DNA of 57,410 nt, filler included, from Basidiobolus meristosporus CBS 931.73 (Eukaryota; Fungi; Basidiobolomycota), in assembly GCA_002104905.1 (NCBI GenBank). It is 3 parts of 3 records of this genome, joined end to end, with 100 filler letters (N's around TTAATTAATTAA, not from the genome) between each part and the next. Parts side by side here need not be neighbours in the genome. Positions count along the whole stretch, not along the records: positions 22,460 to 46,126 come from MCFE01000961.1; positions 46,227 to 57,410 come from MCFE01001282.1; 1 more part is not named here. One strand, 5' to 3'. This document shows positions 37,048 to 50,300 of the stretch, piece after piece (position 1 is the stretch's first letter; each line of letters begins with the position of its first letter). The notes below the pieces were generated by a model. That model saw nothing but the letters and a program-made list of their open reading frames with translations, was not told the origin of the DNA and did not search any database. The translations under genes were made by a program, and so were the position numbers.

Positions 37048-37399
37048 TGTTTCTGTTCCAAACACATGATGTTGTTGCTTTGTTTGTTGGTTGGGTATCC
37101 ACTCTGTCTACAATGGAGGATGCTGAGGCAGTGGTAGCTCTGCAAACTTATCTACCTCACTGGAGTGTAGCTGAACTGGCTGCACTTTCAACAATTGAGA
37201 AAACAACTAATGTCTTGTTGGTAACTCTTCTTGGCTATGATGGGAATCAGCCTGTGCCATGCTGACCAAATATATTGGTGAGAACTGCAGGTTTGTTCTC
37301 ACTCTTGCCTGTTTCTAGCATGTGAAGACTTTTCTCTATTACTTTACCTTTATCACTGCCAAGCTGCTCAGTGCCACTATGACTGAGTGCTTCTTGTAT

Positions 37400-39780
37400 T
37401 GAACTATGCATTGTCCTTGATATATACTGCACTGCTGCATCTGTTTTTGCCTGCTAATCCCTTACTGGCTCTCATCTGGCTACTCTGAAGAAGGCTCACT
37501 GATGAGTTGTGGGCCTATCTCCCCTAACATCAGTGCTCTGCACTAGCATGGCAAAATCCCACTTTGTAATGAGACAACACCAATGTAAAAAAATGCTAAG
37601 GATACTTTATGGAGCCAGGTGTGCTTAGTAATCCATCTGTTGGTAAATGATATGATGTTGTGGCTAGAGAAGTGGCTTGTTTCAACCAACACCAGTAATG
37701 GGGGCTTGGTGCATTCATTCCACTTCTTCCAGATCATTCCAGGATGCAAATAGCCATGTACATGGTACAAATGGAGAACCATCATGTGGCTTGCAACATT
37801 TGAACTGCAGACCATCCCAATACCAGCATGAGCTAGCAGCTGCATGGCATTCACATCAGAATATACCACCATTGCAAGGTGTCCAACTTGTCAGGAATTC
37901 ACCACCATATGAGAAAAGCATTGTTCACATGCCAGATATATTCTAGTAAAACCCTGTCTAAGAAAGTTCATGCAGTCTGACAAATATTGTGATGCTATAA
38001 AGTACTGCACTCAGTAATGATCAAGTGCGTACATATCTGATATTATTGGTAGCAAGGATTAAAAGCAACTAGAAGCAGCCACTACTATGAAGTGGTATAT
38101 GACTGTGCATTGCCTTGGCACTTGATGAATTCTTATTCAATAAGTATTTTTCTGGCAAATCCTGCTGGTCACTGATTCTTGTCAATCTGAATCTGCTGCC
38201 TAACTTACAGCATCAGAGCAGGAATCTCATGGTAGTCTCATTGATATCTAAGCCCAAATAACTGTCCAAGCTGACTAGCTACCTGAATCTATTGCTGAAT
38301 GAATGCAGTATATTTTCCAGCCAGATACTACTAAGTGGCCATCATATCAGAGGGTGTATTGTTATCTCCATGGGAGATACCCAAGCCATCAGCAAAATAG
38401 CTAGCTTTTCTGGGCATAATGGATAGTATTGCTGACAAATATGTGATATCCAAGGGATTCACTCTATACCACACACACTATTATTATCCAAGCAATAACA
38501 CCAAGAGCATTATCTTTCCACAAAGAGAGCATAGAGAAGTCATCATGTAATTGCAGCAATGCTGGCAAGCTGTAGGCCTTTAGCCAGAATATGGAATTAA
38601 TTAGAAACTGGAGATATATAAGATGGAGGGTATCCCTTGGTGCAAAAGCTTTCCACAGAGCAATGCATTTGCTTCTTGACAATATGTCTATGTTAATGAC
38701 CAAGTTGTATATGTGGCATTTCAAGCTAAATGATCCCTTCAAAATACTAGAGAAGCTTGACATAATTAGCAGATATCACAGAGTATCTGTTGTGCAAAAT
38801 ACCTCTAATAGACTCCTTTTAATATTCTTATTGATAAGTGACAATACAGATGCAAGGACTGGATGAATTGAATATGTATTCATTCAAGTGGCCTTCTGAA
38901 GCCATTGCTACCAAGAGTACATTGGCAGCAACAGGAGCCGTATGTTAGCATGGTAGAAATATTCATACAGAAGCAGATCAACAATGCCAAACTAACATAT
39001 CTACAGCTTTTATGCAGAGAATTTGTTTCCAGGATTTAAGTGGCCATATCATAAGCATAAAGCTGGCATGAAGATCTTGACACTACTCTGTCCATTCTCT
39101 ACTCCATCTTGCTTGGTTTATAGAGAATATAGGGCCTTGCTTGACCTTTTTTGAGTTTCACATGGAGCAAATGTCTGTGGACATTGCAATACAAGTCAAG
39201 TCACAGGAACCACCATGCCCCAATCTTATTAAGAGTATTACCTTCAAGTCTGTCATGGATGCAATGCGTTGGCACATGGAGAATAGCCAGGAAGAGTTGG
39301 CAAATACTGATGACAGATGTGCACATGGATACACTTTTGTCTTTGGCATCAAGAAGCTAAGCAGTCCAAATGTGCAGGTCATCAGTTAGCAGTGCAAAGT
39401 TGTGTTGGGTGCAACAAGCAGCTGATTGCTAATAGAACAGCTTTTTCAAAGTATGCTGGGCTTGTCTTGGTCACAAGTCAGTTTCTACACCATTCAATAC
39501 CAAATTCATCCAAGCAAGAGCCAGGGCACACCAATAAGGGGAACTAATCTAGCATGGACAAGGAATAAATTGGCTAAATACCAAGAAGTTATTTGCAGAA
39601 ATTCAGGAGGGATTCATGGCAGGTGTGGTAGCTACCCAGCACATGTTTGCAAGATGTATATGTTACCAGCAATACAAGGTATATGGTAGTTTGCAAGTAT
39701 CTGACTAAAAAGCAGTAGAGTTGAGGTGATAGAAGTGTGTCAATTGCAGCAGATGTGCACATATGTAGAGGTTAATGCGC
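37400..39780 (+). mobile_element. Degenerate CACTA/En-Spm Tnp2 transposase
   Basis: KSCWSLILVNLNL, GDTQAISK, KAFHRAMHLL and FEFHMEQM segments, colinear with 49-51 kb. Boundaries approximate. Confidence 0.82.
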
Positions 39781-40224
39781 AAGTTGCCATGTTTTTGATT
39801 CAAACTATATGTGTAAGACCCAAGGTAGTGGTAAGTAAGCAAATACAGAGGGGTATATGGTTGAAATATTAGAGAGATATATTGGATGTGAAATGGAGAA
39901 CTTGAAGATTTACATGATTTAACTTGGTAATTTATTAAGCTGCAATGTGGTACTTATACTTAATACAGAGCTATGTAAATGTAACTGTTGGTCATTATCA
40001 GGGGAGTCTCAGAAATACATGTGCCAAGTTTCTGCTCATTTGGACAAGTTTCCAATTTCCTAAAATTCTGTACTTCACTAATTGCTAACTATTAGCAATT
40101 ATCTTACAAACCAACTTCCAAGTTAATATTCTGAAGTACAACATTTAACTAGTTACTAGTTCATGCTATATCATTAATTAGGTGGACTCATAATTATTTC
40201 AACATTCCCACTTCCATAATACGC

Positions 40225-43200
40225 TGTGGTGGTGTATAAGTCCAAGGGAGAGATACGTCCAACACTTCTCAAGTGTTTTGTGTGTGGGGTGTTCACTGGG
40301 TGCGATAACCTCTGGCAAAAGCTTGCTAGGAATACTTGGGTTCTGTCTCTAATCTAATGTGAAGGGGAATAAAGCCACAAGCTTGTCAAGGGAAAACTAT
40401 TGAGCTACAATCCCCAACTTAGTTGGCGTCTTAACAAAAGTATGTGCTGGGTTCAGCGTCCTTTGAGATGACAATGTACTAAAGCTTCCAAAATCAAAAC
40501 AACTGTAAGCTCCACCAGCAGGGACTTGATAAGAATGCAGCTTTGGTCAATAGTTACAAAGACAGAAAAGTATCTTTGCCTGTACAAGAACAAACTTGGG
40601 AAAGAATCAAATATAATAAAAGATACCTACTCTGAGTATTCCTCACAAGTAGTGCCTCCAAGGTCAGTTGGCTGTCAGCGCGGTTTCCTGGGAGTGTCCT
40701 GTGGTCTAGGGTTGGAAGTTCAGGTAGCAGCAGGTAGCAGTGATCACACTAATCAACAAGTCGGTATATTGATAAAAGGGATGATGATTTATTGTTGAGG
40801 GATAGCCTCCCTTATATACTTTTCTTCACTGGCTAAGTGATTACTAATCATGGTGTTCCAGAAGGTTCCGGAGTTCAATAGAAATCTTAATGACATCAGA
40901 ATGACCTAAGAATGTTCTAAGTAGGTGCCGGAAGGTTCTAAGAGGCACAGCACATCCAACCAATCAGGAATCAGTATTCTGAAACCTGTGTAACATGGGG
41001 ATACCATATATGGTATGGAAATGGTAGGGATGGTGACACGGGTTGATCATGTGTCACGGGTACTGGCGCGGGTACTTGCCTAATATAGAAGCACTTGTAA
41101 CTAGTAATCTTACATAAAGTGAGGGGTAACTTATGCAATAAGGTAAGCAGGTGTGATAGTCAACCGGCTTATGGGATAGTACTGATTGGGTAAGACAAAT
41201 GGGATAAAACTAAAATGAGTGTAGTAGGGATATAGGGAAGTAGAAAATAAGGGAATGAGCACATCTGTTAGTGGGTGTCACTGTCACCCCACTACATCCA
41301 CCCCCCTCTCAGCTTTGAACTTGGGTCAAAGCAAACTAATCTTGATGTGCAAAATTCCTATGCTTGAATAACTTAAGTCGATTTCCAGCAACTGGTGCTC
41401 TCAACTGGGTGTTGTCAAGCTCAGTTATGTAATAACTTCCATTTCCAATTACTTTGGAAATGAGGTAGGGGCCAGTCCATTTGTTGTCAAACTTCCGGCT
41501 CCATTGCTTGTCCAAGGTAGAATCATAGAGTAATACTGGGTCTCCTAGTGATAGTGGTTTTGGCCTTGTTGGGTGTGATTTGTCAAAGGGCACCTTGTTC
41601 TTTAGTCGTGTGTCCTTAAGTTGTTCAGCAGCTCTGCTAATATTCAAGTCATGGTGATCAAGTTGCTGTATGCGAGTTGCAAGGAGGTCTTCAGTCTGCA
41701 TATCGGATCTCCAATTCAATGAGTTCCAAGTGACTGTGTTTAACTCCACTGGTAGTATGCAGTCATGTCCATAGAGTAGCTTGAATGGCGATAATCCAGT
41801 TGTTCTCTTGGTAGTAATTCTATCTGCCCACAGTGCAAGATGTAATTGCTGTGGCCACAGTGTTGTGTTATTCTCACAGGCCTTGACAAGAGAGTTCACC
41901 AATGGTCCATGTCCTCTCTCTATCATTCCATTGGCTTGAGGGTGGTAAGCTGTTGTGAAAGCTATGTGTATCTTGTACTTTGAGCACAACTCCTGGATCA
42001 TTTGGGATGTCATCTCTCCTCTGTCAGCAACAAACTGTCGGATGCAGCCAAATCTGCAGATGATGTCTTCAAGTATAAATCTCCATATGGTATGGCTCTT
42101 GTTGTTGGGCAAGGCTCGAGCCTCTGCCCATCCACTAAGGTCATCTCTAGCAACAATCAGGTATTTTTTTGATCCAGCTGTTGGCATGTGGACAAGGTCA
42201 ATACCAACCTTTTGCCATAGACAGATTGTGTAAGTAGGATGCAGTGGTTCTTCATAACGCTTGGAGGATCTCTTCTGGCAGGCTACACATGACTCAACAA
42301 AGTGCTGGACATCATAGTACATGTTTTCCCAGTAGTACCTCTGAGCTGTGGTATTGTATGTGGCTTCTCATCCTCTATGTCCTCCTGGTTCTCCTTGGTG
42401 GATACTTGTCATGATGTTCAGTTGCTCTTGAGGGGTGGTGACTACTCTTCTTGGCATAAGTCCAGGCTTCACTCGCTTAAAGAGAAGATCATCTTTAAGA
42501 TAGTAGTGGTGTGCCTTCTTCCTGAGTTTTCTAAACTCCTGAATATCCATCCAACTAGGTTTCTTAAGTGTCCTTAGATATTCCTTGATCAGACTCCAGG
42601 TAGTTCTCTCTTGGTCTTTGATGGCAATCTGTCGGATCTCTGCATCAATAATATCATCAAAGTGAGGGTCCAAGTCTTCAAATAATTGTGGTCCCTTCCT
42701 GGAGAGTGCATCAGCCACAACATTTGTCTTGCCAGGGATATGTTTGACCTCAAAGTCAAACATTTTCAGCCATGCCATCCATCGGTTTGTGGCATCATCA
42801 GGTAGGTCAGGCTTGTTGATCATTCCTATAAGTGGCTTGGCATCTGTCTCCAGGATAAAATGTGTCATGTAGAGTTGTGACTTCAGTTTCCTCAGCATCT
42901 TCACAACTCCTAGTAGTTCTCTCTTAATCTGTGAGTATCTTTGTTCTCTAGGAGAGAATAGGCAGCTCTCATATCTGCAGGCATAGCGGTTGCCATCTTC
43001 ATCATCTTGTCCAAGTAGTGCTCCAGCTCCTATGGGGCTTGCATCCACTGTCAAAATAGGCGGGCATTCAGTGTTTTGATAGTCAAGAGGTCTTAGAACT
43101 GGTGGAGATACTAAGGCCTCTTTCAGTAATTGCATGGCTTCTTCTTGCTCTTCTCCCCAGATAAATGGGGTATTCTTTCTCTGTAGTCGGTAGATTGGTT

Positions 43201-46126
43201 CTGCTATCTCAGAAAATCTTGGGATCCAGATCCTAAAGAACCCACAAGCTGCCACAAAGCCACGAGCTTGTGTTAGATTTGTGGGGGTAGGCCAGTTGCA
43301 TATCTTTTGTGTCTTGGAGTCTCCAGGTGAGCGACCAAAGGTGTTGCATTTTTGTCCAACAATGGATATCTCTGATACACCAAAGCTGCTTTTCTCACCA
43401 CTGATGGTGAGTCCAGCTTCTTCAATGGCTCCTAGTATGGCATCATTGTCTGCAATATGGTCATAGACAAACTTTCTTACTCCAGGCATAACTTCAGTGG
43501 TGTCCCGGAATTTTGATCCTTTGATGCCTATGTCATCCACAAAGACAGCAAGTTTCTCAGGTATAAACTGGTATAGCACATTCACCATGCATCTCTGGAA
43601 CTGAGCCACGGAGTTTGTAGCCCCTTGGCTGAGTCTTGTCATCCTTAATAGTCCAAATGGTGTCTGTAGTGCAAACATATCTCTTGATGTCTCATCAAGG
43701 GGAATCTGGTCATATCCTGAGTAGAGATCGTATGTTGAGTAGATGGAGTGGCCACTAAAGCTTTCTGCAAAGTCATCAATAGATGGAGGTATAGCAGCAT
43801 CTCTGATAGTGACAGCATTTGCAGGTTGCATGTCTTGAATGAATCGGAGCTTTCCATTCTTCTTTTTGGTTACAAACCATCTGTTAGCATAGGGCCCATG
43901 GCAAGGTTCTAGGATACCAGCTTCTATCTTCTTCTTAAGTAGGTCATGCACATCAGCTTGGAGTCCTCTGGGCAGTGGGTAAGGCTTAAATGACCAGGGT
44001 GTGTGGGGCACTGTATGAATCTTGATGGGTTTTTCAACCGATGTCTTTAAGAGTCCCATCTCCTTGTCATTATATGAGAAGACCTTATCATGCCTTTTCA
44101 AGGTCTCCTTAAATAATAGTATCTCCTCTGGTGTAAGGTTTCCATCACCAATGATAAGTTGCTTAAGTCTCTCAGGTGTAAGTCGTGTATCATCTGGTGT
44201 TTCTTCTGGTGGTCTAATGTAATCAGCAGGTTGGGATCCATCAGTCAAAGGTGTAAGTGATGGTCTGATCTTCTGTTCTACTGTCTTGTATTTTGTTCGA
44301 ACCATAGCTGTTTGCTCCTGTATACCTAATGAGCAGCTCCAAATGTTGGGGTGTATATTGTCAGGCTCTTCATCTTCTTCCATAACAAGATGTGTCTTCT
44401 GGCAAGCAGTATGTGTCCTCTTATTGTTGGGTGTTACACCACAGAAGGTTGACTGTAGTCCTGGATTGGATCCTTGTATGGTGTACCATACTGACCCATC
44501 GGAATAGTTGGTAGTTGTAGCCTTAGTACTGGTTTCCCATGGTCTACCTAGCAGAAGGTCAAAGTTTGCCTTCTGGCAGATGAAGAGGGGAAGCCAGACC
44601 TTGATTCCTTGTACCTCAATAGGGAACTTGTGCACTACACCGTAGAGTGGACTAGATCCTGAGTTTGCATCAGTCATGTTCCATCCAATATCTCTATCAA
44701 CAGGCAGTAGCTCCTTGCTTCTAAGTGTCTTCCAGAAGTCTAGCGGCATAACACAAATCTCTGAGCCACTGTCAATATGGCAGTCAACAGGGTCATCATA
44801 TATATATCCTTTCACCACAGCAGTTGCAACTGAGTAAAAGGTCTTATACTCAGTAGTGTTGTCATCTTTTTGGTGGTCTTCATGGTTTGTGTGAATTATA
44901 TGGGTGTCCATATGTTCAACAGCTTGTCGTCTTGTTCTAAGCTGCTCATCAAAGGTCTTCCTAACAGATGGGGATACACTCATGATTTCTCCAACCGACA
45001 AAGTGAGGTTCTGCTTCAGCAGCTTCTCAGTAATCAGTTGAGGGCTTGAGTAGCTTGTTATCTTTGAGGTCATCTGAAAGTGAGGCAATGGATCTTGGGT
45101 GGGCAGCATACTAGGCCTCTTGTCAATAACAACTTCAGGTTCTTCAAATCGTGGTCTTCTAAGGATGGGTTTGGCAGGTTCTTCAGGGAGGTGTCTTTTG
45201 GTAGCAAAGGCATCAACTTCATATTGTCTGTTGTCAGAGCTGCTTGGATTCACTTTATGAGTCCCAATAGGGGCATCAACAGTAATCTTTCTGGTTGCTG
45301 AGTCAGATTTCTGGAAAAGGGCTCTCATCCCTCCTCTTCGGAAATTAGTGGGAATCCTTCTTCCTTCCTTGTCAGCAAGCATTCCATCAGCATCAAACTG
45401 TACTGCTCCTTCTCTGAGTAGCTGACTAAGCTCTGAGCATTCTTGTCTGGCATGCTGAGTAGAGTCACACCAGATGCAGTGCCTGGGCAAAGGTCTTTGT
45501 CCCTCAGTAGGAACCTCAGCTGAGCCATTAATCTTGAGGGCTAGCTTTTGTAACTGTTCAGCAAGTTGGTCAATTCTGTCGGTAGTGTAGGTCTGATTGT
45601 CAGCAGCAGCACTCCTTGGCTCCTTGGTTGACTGGTCTGGCAGATTAGATGTCAGGAGTCTCATAAAGGTAGAAGTTTGCTTTGCCTCTAGGAGAACACG
45701 TTTCATCTCTGCAAAGCAAGGAATGCCAGACTTGTCATCCTTGGCAGCATGTAAGTCAACTTTCCTTGCCAAGTCCTGGGGAAGCCCTTGTGCAAGGTAA
45801 AGTGTCATGGTAAACTCAGTTATAGCCTGGGACTCTAGGAGTGGCTTGGCCATATCTTCATACTGTTGAATGAACTCTTCAAGTGGTAGCTTGGAAAGTC
45901 CAGTTCTTCCAAAGTGCCTGAGATCTTCAATTCCATAGTATATCTGGGGTCTACCATACTCGGTCTGTAGGTAGGTCTTCATTAAGGCCCAGTCAGTGAG
46001 AATGTCTCCTTGTCTGAGAAGCTTAGTGGTAATATCATCGGTGCAGTAGTAGGGGAAGTCTTCAGCCATTTCTTGTTCAGATAGGACTGCACATCTTGCA
46101 GAGCTTCTCCCATTTGAATATGAAGC
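40225..46126 (-). mobile_element. Ty3/gypsy LTR retrotransposon, nearly intact; 3' LTR 40225-41296, 5' end lost in the gap
   Basis: 1072-bp LTR TGTAGTGG...CCACCACA on the - strand. Polypurine tract GAGAGGGGGGTGGA abuts the LTR. Domain order gag-PR-RT-RH-INT. Confidence 0.96.
41336..46069 (-). CDS. Gypsy Gag-Pol polyprotein in a single frame, with one in-frame TGA at 42368-42370
   Basis: PR CHIDSGSE; RT YDLYSGYDQI and FVDDIGI; RH LTVDASPIG; INT HHCC zinc finger (IH..GGH..C..C), core DRGE/NGMIER and a GPY/F tail. The two ORFs are in frame across 15 open codons. Confidence 0.93.
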
Positions 46127-46226
46127 NNNNNNNNNNNNNNNNNNNNNNNNNNNNNNNNNNNNNNNNNNNNTTAATTAATTAANNNNNNNNNNNNNNNNNN
46201 NNNNNNNNNNNNNNNNNNNNNNNNNN
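46127..46226. other. Assembly gap with artificial six-frame-stop linker
   Basis: 44 N + TTAATTAATTAA (46171-46182) + 44 N. Confidence 0.97.
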
Positions 46227-46847
46227 AAATAACCCAATGGGATTCCTGCCTACATCCTTTTCTTTCTTACCTACATTAGCGGTAGTGAACTTGAACTCAC
46301 CTGCAAAGAAATTAAAAGAATCACAATTGGGTTTGCAGATATACATCCTTCTGGCATTCATCTTCAAGAAACTCCTATCATCATCGATGGACAAGGAATG
46401 GACTCTTGATGTACCATCGGCTCCTCAACTCTGGGTGAACAATCTAGTACCCCAGGTAGTGCATCAGAACACCTTCCCAGAAACTACCAACATCCGATAC
46501 AGGCTCCACTTGCAGCTATGCACAAAATCAGAATTAGGGGCCAGTCCAGAATATGAGGCTTATTGTCGTGCGTATGTTTGGCCCTTTTCGGACGAAACGA
46601 TGCCATTGATGGTTTGAAATTCACTGGTATCATATCATCACACACTCCCACCCCCACCTCCAGCAGGGCGTTCGGGTTGACTCATGTGTGAGGCCTACCT
46701 TCCCTGTAACCTTTGGGTTTTCTCCGGTGTCAGGGGATCCCGAAGGAGGTGACACTGGGGTCGCCTCAATCTTGACATGGTCGACCATTTCCATCCTTGT
46801 GGTGGGTGAGTTGGTGACCATCTTGATTTATTCAATATTAAAATAAA

Positions 46848-46919
46848 TGCCTACTGCCAGGATTGAACTGGCGACCTTCAGTTTACGAGACTGACGCGCT
46901 ACCACTGCGCTAAGCAGGC
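46848..46919 (-). tRNA. tRNA-Thr(CGT), intronless
   Basis: GCCTGCTTAGCGCAGTGGTAGCGCGTCAGTCTCGTAAACTGAAGGTCGCCAGTTCAATCCTGGCAGTAGGCA folds as a full cloverleaf: acceptor GCCTGCT/AGTAGGC, anticodon stem TCAGT/ACTGA with loop CT-CGT-AA, T-arm GCCAG-TTCAATC-CTGGC. A TTTATTTT Pol III terminator-like run follows. Confidence 0.96.
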
Positions 46920-47108
46920 GAACTTGGGTTGGTTATAATATACATCATAACTCTTCATTTTTGATCGCTTCGAATACTACTGATCAAACATTTCAGAATC
47001 GTACACTGCCGATCAGTCACCATATACACACAGCTATTTAATACATCACGGGCACTCCTTTCAGAAGCTTGCACTACATTACTGGGAACGGTCCGAACCA
47101 ACTTTTAT

Positions 47109-47393
47109 TTAAACAAGCCTTGACCTTCTCCACACTGTGAATTTGACGGACTGCACAACCACCTGAGTTAGAAATACATACTGTTGTTTGTCGTCCGAAC
47201 AACTTGGGTCGATTTCACCGGCCTTCAAGTGCAAAGTTCCTTTAGCTTTCCTCGCTGTTACTAGTTCGCAACTATCTTTCCCTGCTTCCTTCACTTCCAT
47301 ATCAAATTCCTCATCCTCATCCTCAATCCAATCGAGCATATCACCAATTGCGCATTTCAAGTCGGTAGCATCTAACACAATATGTGAAGTCAT
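47109..47393 (-). pseudogene. Possible exon or decayed gene fragment (acidic DWIEDEDEEFDMEV)
   Basis: 94-aa ORF in CpG-rich sequence. Upstream Pro-rich frames are broken by a stop and a frameshift. No family recognised. Confidence 0.3.
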
Positions 47394-50300
47394 GATCGGA
47401 GAACTAAAAGAGCGTGTCGTTCAAAAATCAAAAATTTGATGTTCCTTTGGGGCCTCGGTGGATTCTTCGGAAGTTTGGTGGTTTTTCCGGACGGGTTGTT
47501 GGACTCCTATGGTGGCTTGGTGGGCTCCTTGGGAAGAAGTGGACTAGAAGCAACCGGAGAGGTGCCTAATGAAATTGAAGGATTGGTTCAAAGGGAAGAA
47601 AGGATAACCAAGTTGATATTTTATCGAAGGTGAAGTATTGGGGTTAATATAGGAAAGTGTTTGGGATATGGTGCTCCTTCAACATCACTTGACCTACTTT
47701 AATTAAATGAGTGCGACAATTCCTGGGGATTTTTGGAAATCATACCTATAATGATGATTTGAATGGCTCAACAGACCGTAAAGTAAACTTTGTAATTTTG
47801 CTGCACTATTAAACTCAGCATGCTCAAGATAAACTAGTAACTTCAAGGTATGAAGGTTTTGCCAAGTACTCATGGAACAAAGTCCCCCTATGTCAACAGC
47901 AAATTGACTTGGTGTGTCCATATAAAAGTCAAAGCAATAGCATAAGCATACCCCTTGAAAAATAACAAACCTGGATTTCACACAGTATTATGCTAGTGCA
48001 CCACTGGCATTTTGGCCCTATTTTCAAAGGTATATACTCCTAGAGCTAGTGAGCTGACTATTATCACATTTTGTATCAGGATTACTCAGATAAAGCACAC
48101 TCAAGCATCTATAGAATTGTCCTGAATATTGCTAGAACATCATATATTAAAAGCTGCTACTAAGGACAATGGGACCACCACTGTTAGCATACTGGTGATC
48201 TGCTAGTCTTTGGTTATTCTTTGATAGGGGTTAGCATAAGTCTATATCTCATATTGAACCAGTATAGTATCTAAATTAACTCAGTAGTTACATATCCATC
48301 ACACCATCAATAGTACTCAAGCTATATATGATAGATATATAGGTACTATATGCCAAGTAGAGGCATTCATATTAGCAAAAAAATTTGCTACTTGAGCCAA
48401 TAATGTTAATAATTTCTAACTTTCAACTATGTCCCTGAATATTGCTAGCATATTCCTTCCTTCAGCAGTCTATTAAGGACTCCTCTCACCAGAGTTCTGC
48501 TGATTTCTAACATATTTCTGGCCAGACAAGTGTGTGTCTTATTACAGGAAGGCCTATATGCACCTATATGAATGTAAGATTCAACAATGTCCCACTATAG
48601 TAACCCTATGAAAATAATTTGGTCCTGCGGGTGGATCCAATCTGGATCAGCCATCAAGATCCCATTAAGAGAGCATCATAATACCTGCAGCTTGGAATTA
48701 GTGACCCTCTTAACAATCTTATGACAGGATCACAACAACATTTTGCTAATTTTACTACCAAATAAGGTGATAAAACTTGACGGTGTTTGATTGGTGCTGT
48801 GACAATAACTGCATGGTATTGTTTTGGTCTTTTTGCGCTCTACAACTACTGTAAATGGACTCAACCAGCCAGGACATCTAATTGCCTTATATGGCAAGAA
48901 ACTTGCCAGTATTTTAACAAGCTCTGAGCAAGACTCTGATGACATTATGTTGGCAGTATGGCAGCCTACAGCTGGTTCTGCCACAATTGGCATACTTCTA
49001 TCACCTCAACTTTATGGCTTTTTAGTGTGATACTTGCAAAGTTGCCATATAGCTTGTACTACTAGTAACATATACATCTTGCAAACATTTGCTTGGTTGT
49101 TGGCACTTCTGCCATGAATACCTCCTGAATATCCGCAAAGAACTTCTTGGTATTTAGCCAATATATTCCTTCTCCCTGCTGGATTCTAGTCCCCCTTATA
49201 GGTGTGCTCTGGCTCTTGTTTGTATGAATTCTGTATTGAATGGTGTAGAAGTTGGCTTGTGACCAAGAGAAATCCAGCATACCTTGGTAGAGTTTTCCTA
49301 AAAAAAATTAGTTGCTTGTTGCACCCAACCCAACTTTGCATTACTTGACTGATTACACATGCATTGGGGCTGCTTAGCTTCTTAATGCCATATGCATAGA
49401 TGTCTCCATGTGCACATTTGTCCTCAATATTTTCCAACTCTTCCTCCATGTGCCAACTCATCACATCCATGACAGACTTGAAGGTAATATTGTTGATGAG
49501 ATTAGGATATGGTAGTACTTGCAACTTGACTTGTCTTCCTATCTTCCCACACATCTGCTCCATAGGAAACTCCCAAAAGGCAAAGCAAGGCCCAATATAC
49601 TCCACACACTGTGCAAGATGGCGTAGTGAACGTATACAGTAACAGCTGAGATCTACTTGTTCAGCTTTATGTTTGTAGTATAGCCACTCAAATCCCATTG
49701 CTAACTGCTTGCACAACAGCTGTAGATGTGTCAAGTTGGCATTGGTGATCCACTTATGGATAAATATTCCTACAATGTCCACATATGACTCCCAATGCTT
49801 CAAAGGTACTACTGGTAGCAATGGTTTCTGAATATTACTTGAATAAATACATATCCAGTTTATCCAGTCTTTGCATTTGTATTGTTGCATATGCATATGA
49901 ATATTGATTGGAGCCTGTGAGAAGTACTTAGGGTAGTAAATACTCTGTAATATCTTGCCAATTCTTTCAAATTCCTCTGGTATCTCAAAGGGCTCATTTA
50001 GCTTGAAATGCTCCATATACAACTTGGTCATCAGTGTTGGGATATTGATGAAAAGCAAATGCATTGCTCCCAGTGGAAAGCTTTTGCCCCAACAGATACC
50101 CTCTATCTTAAGTATCTCTGGTTTCCAATTGATTCCATATTCCAGCCAATGGCTTATAGCTTGCCAACTTTGCTGCAATTGTATGCTGACTTCTGTATGC
50201 TCTCCCTGTGGAAAGATGATGTTCTTAGTGCTGGTGTTTGGGTAATAATAATGTGCGTGAGTTATGGAGTAAATCCCCTGGATCTCAAACATTCAGCAGC

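Noticed and set aside
41297-41335. Shared GCTGAG before the PPT in copia A, copia B and gypsy
   Set aside because: It is short, adjoins purine-rich tracts and is easily convergent.
40225-46919. Ty3-like targeting of the gypsy element to the tRNA gene
   Set aside because: An artificial gap separates them, and the distance and side do not fit the Ty3 pattern of insertion just upstream of the tRNA.
12958-47140. Tiny intron-like strings of 19-30 nt (GTAAGC...TCAG at about 12958; GTAGGA..CTAAC..CTAG at about 21650; GTATGT..CTAAC.TCAG at about 47160; GTGAGT..GCTAAT.GTAG at about 46280)
   Set aside because: In the cases I tested, removing them did not yield a better ORF. The only convincing intron is a normal 59 nt.
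48600-48970. Possible hAT/BED-finger fragment (KTIPCSYCH; GTAACCCTA end)
   Set aside because: There is only one short motif, and no matching second TIR or TSD was found.
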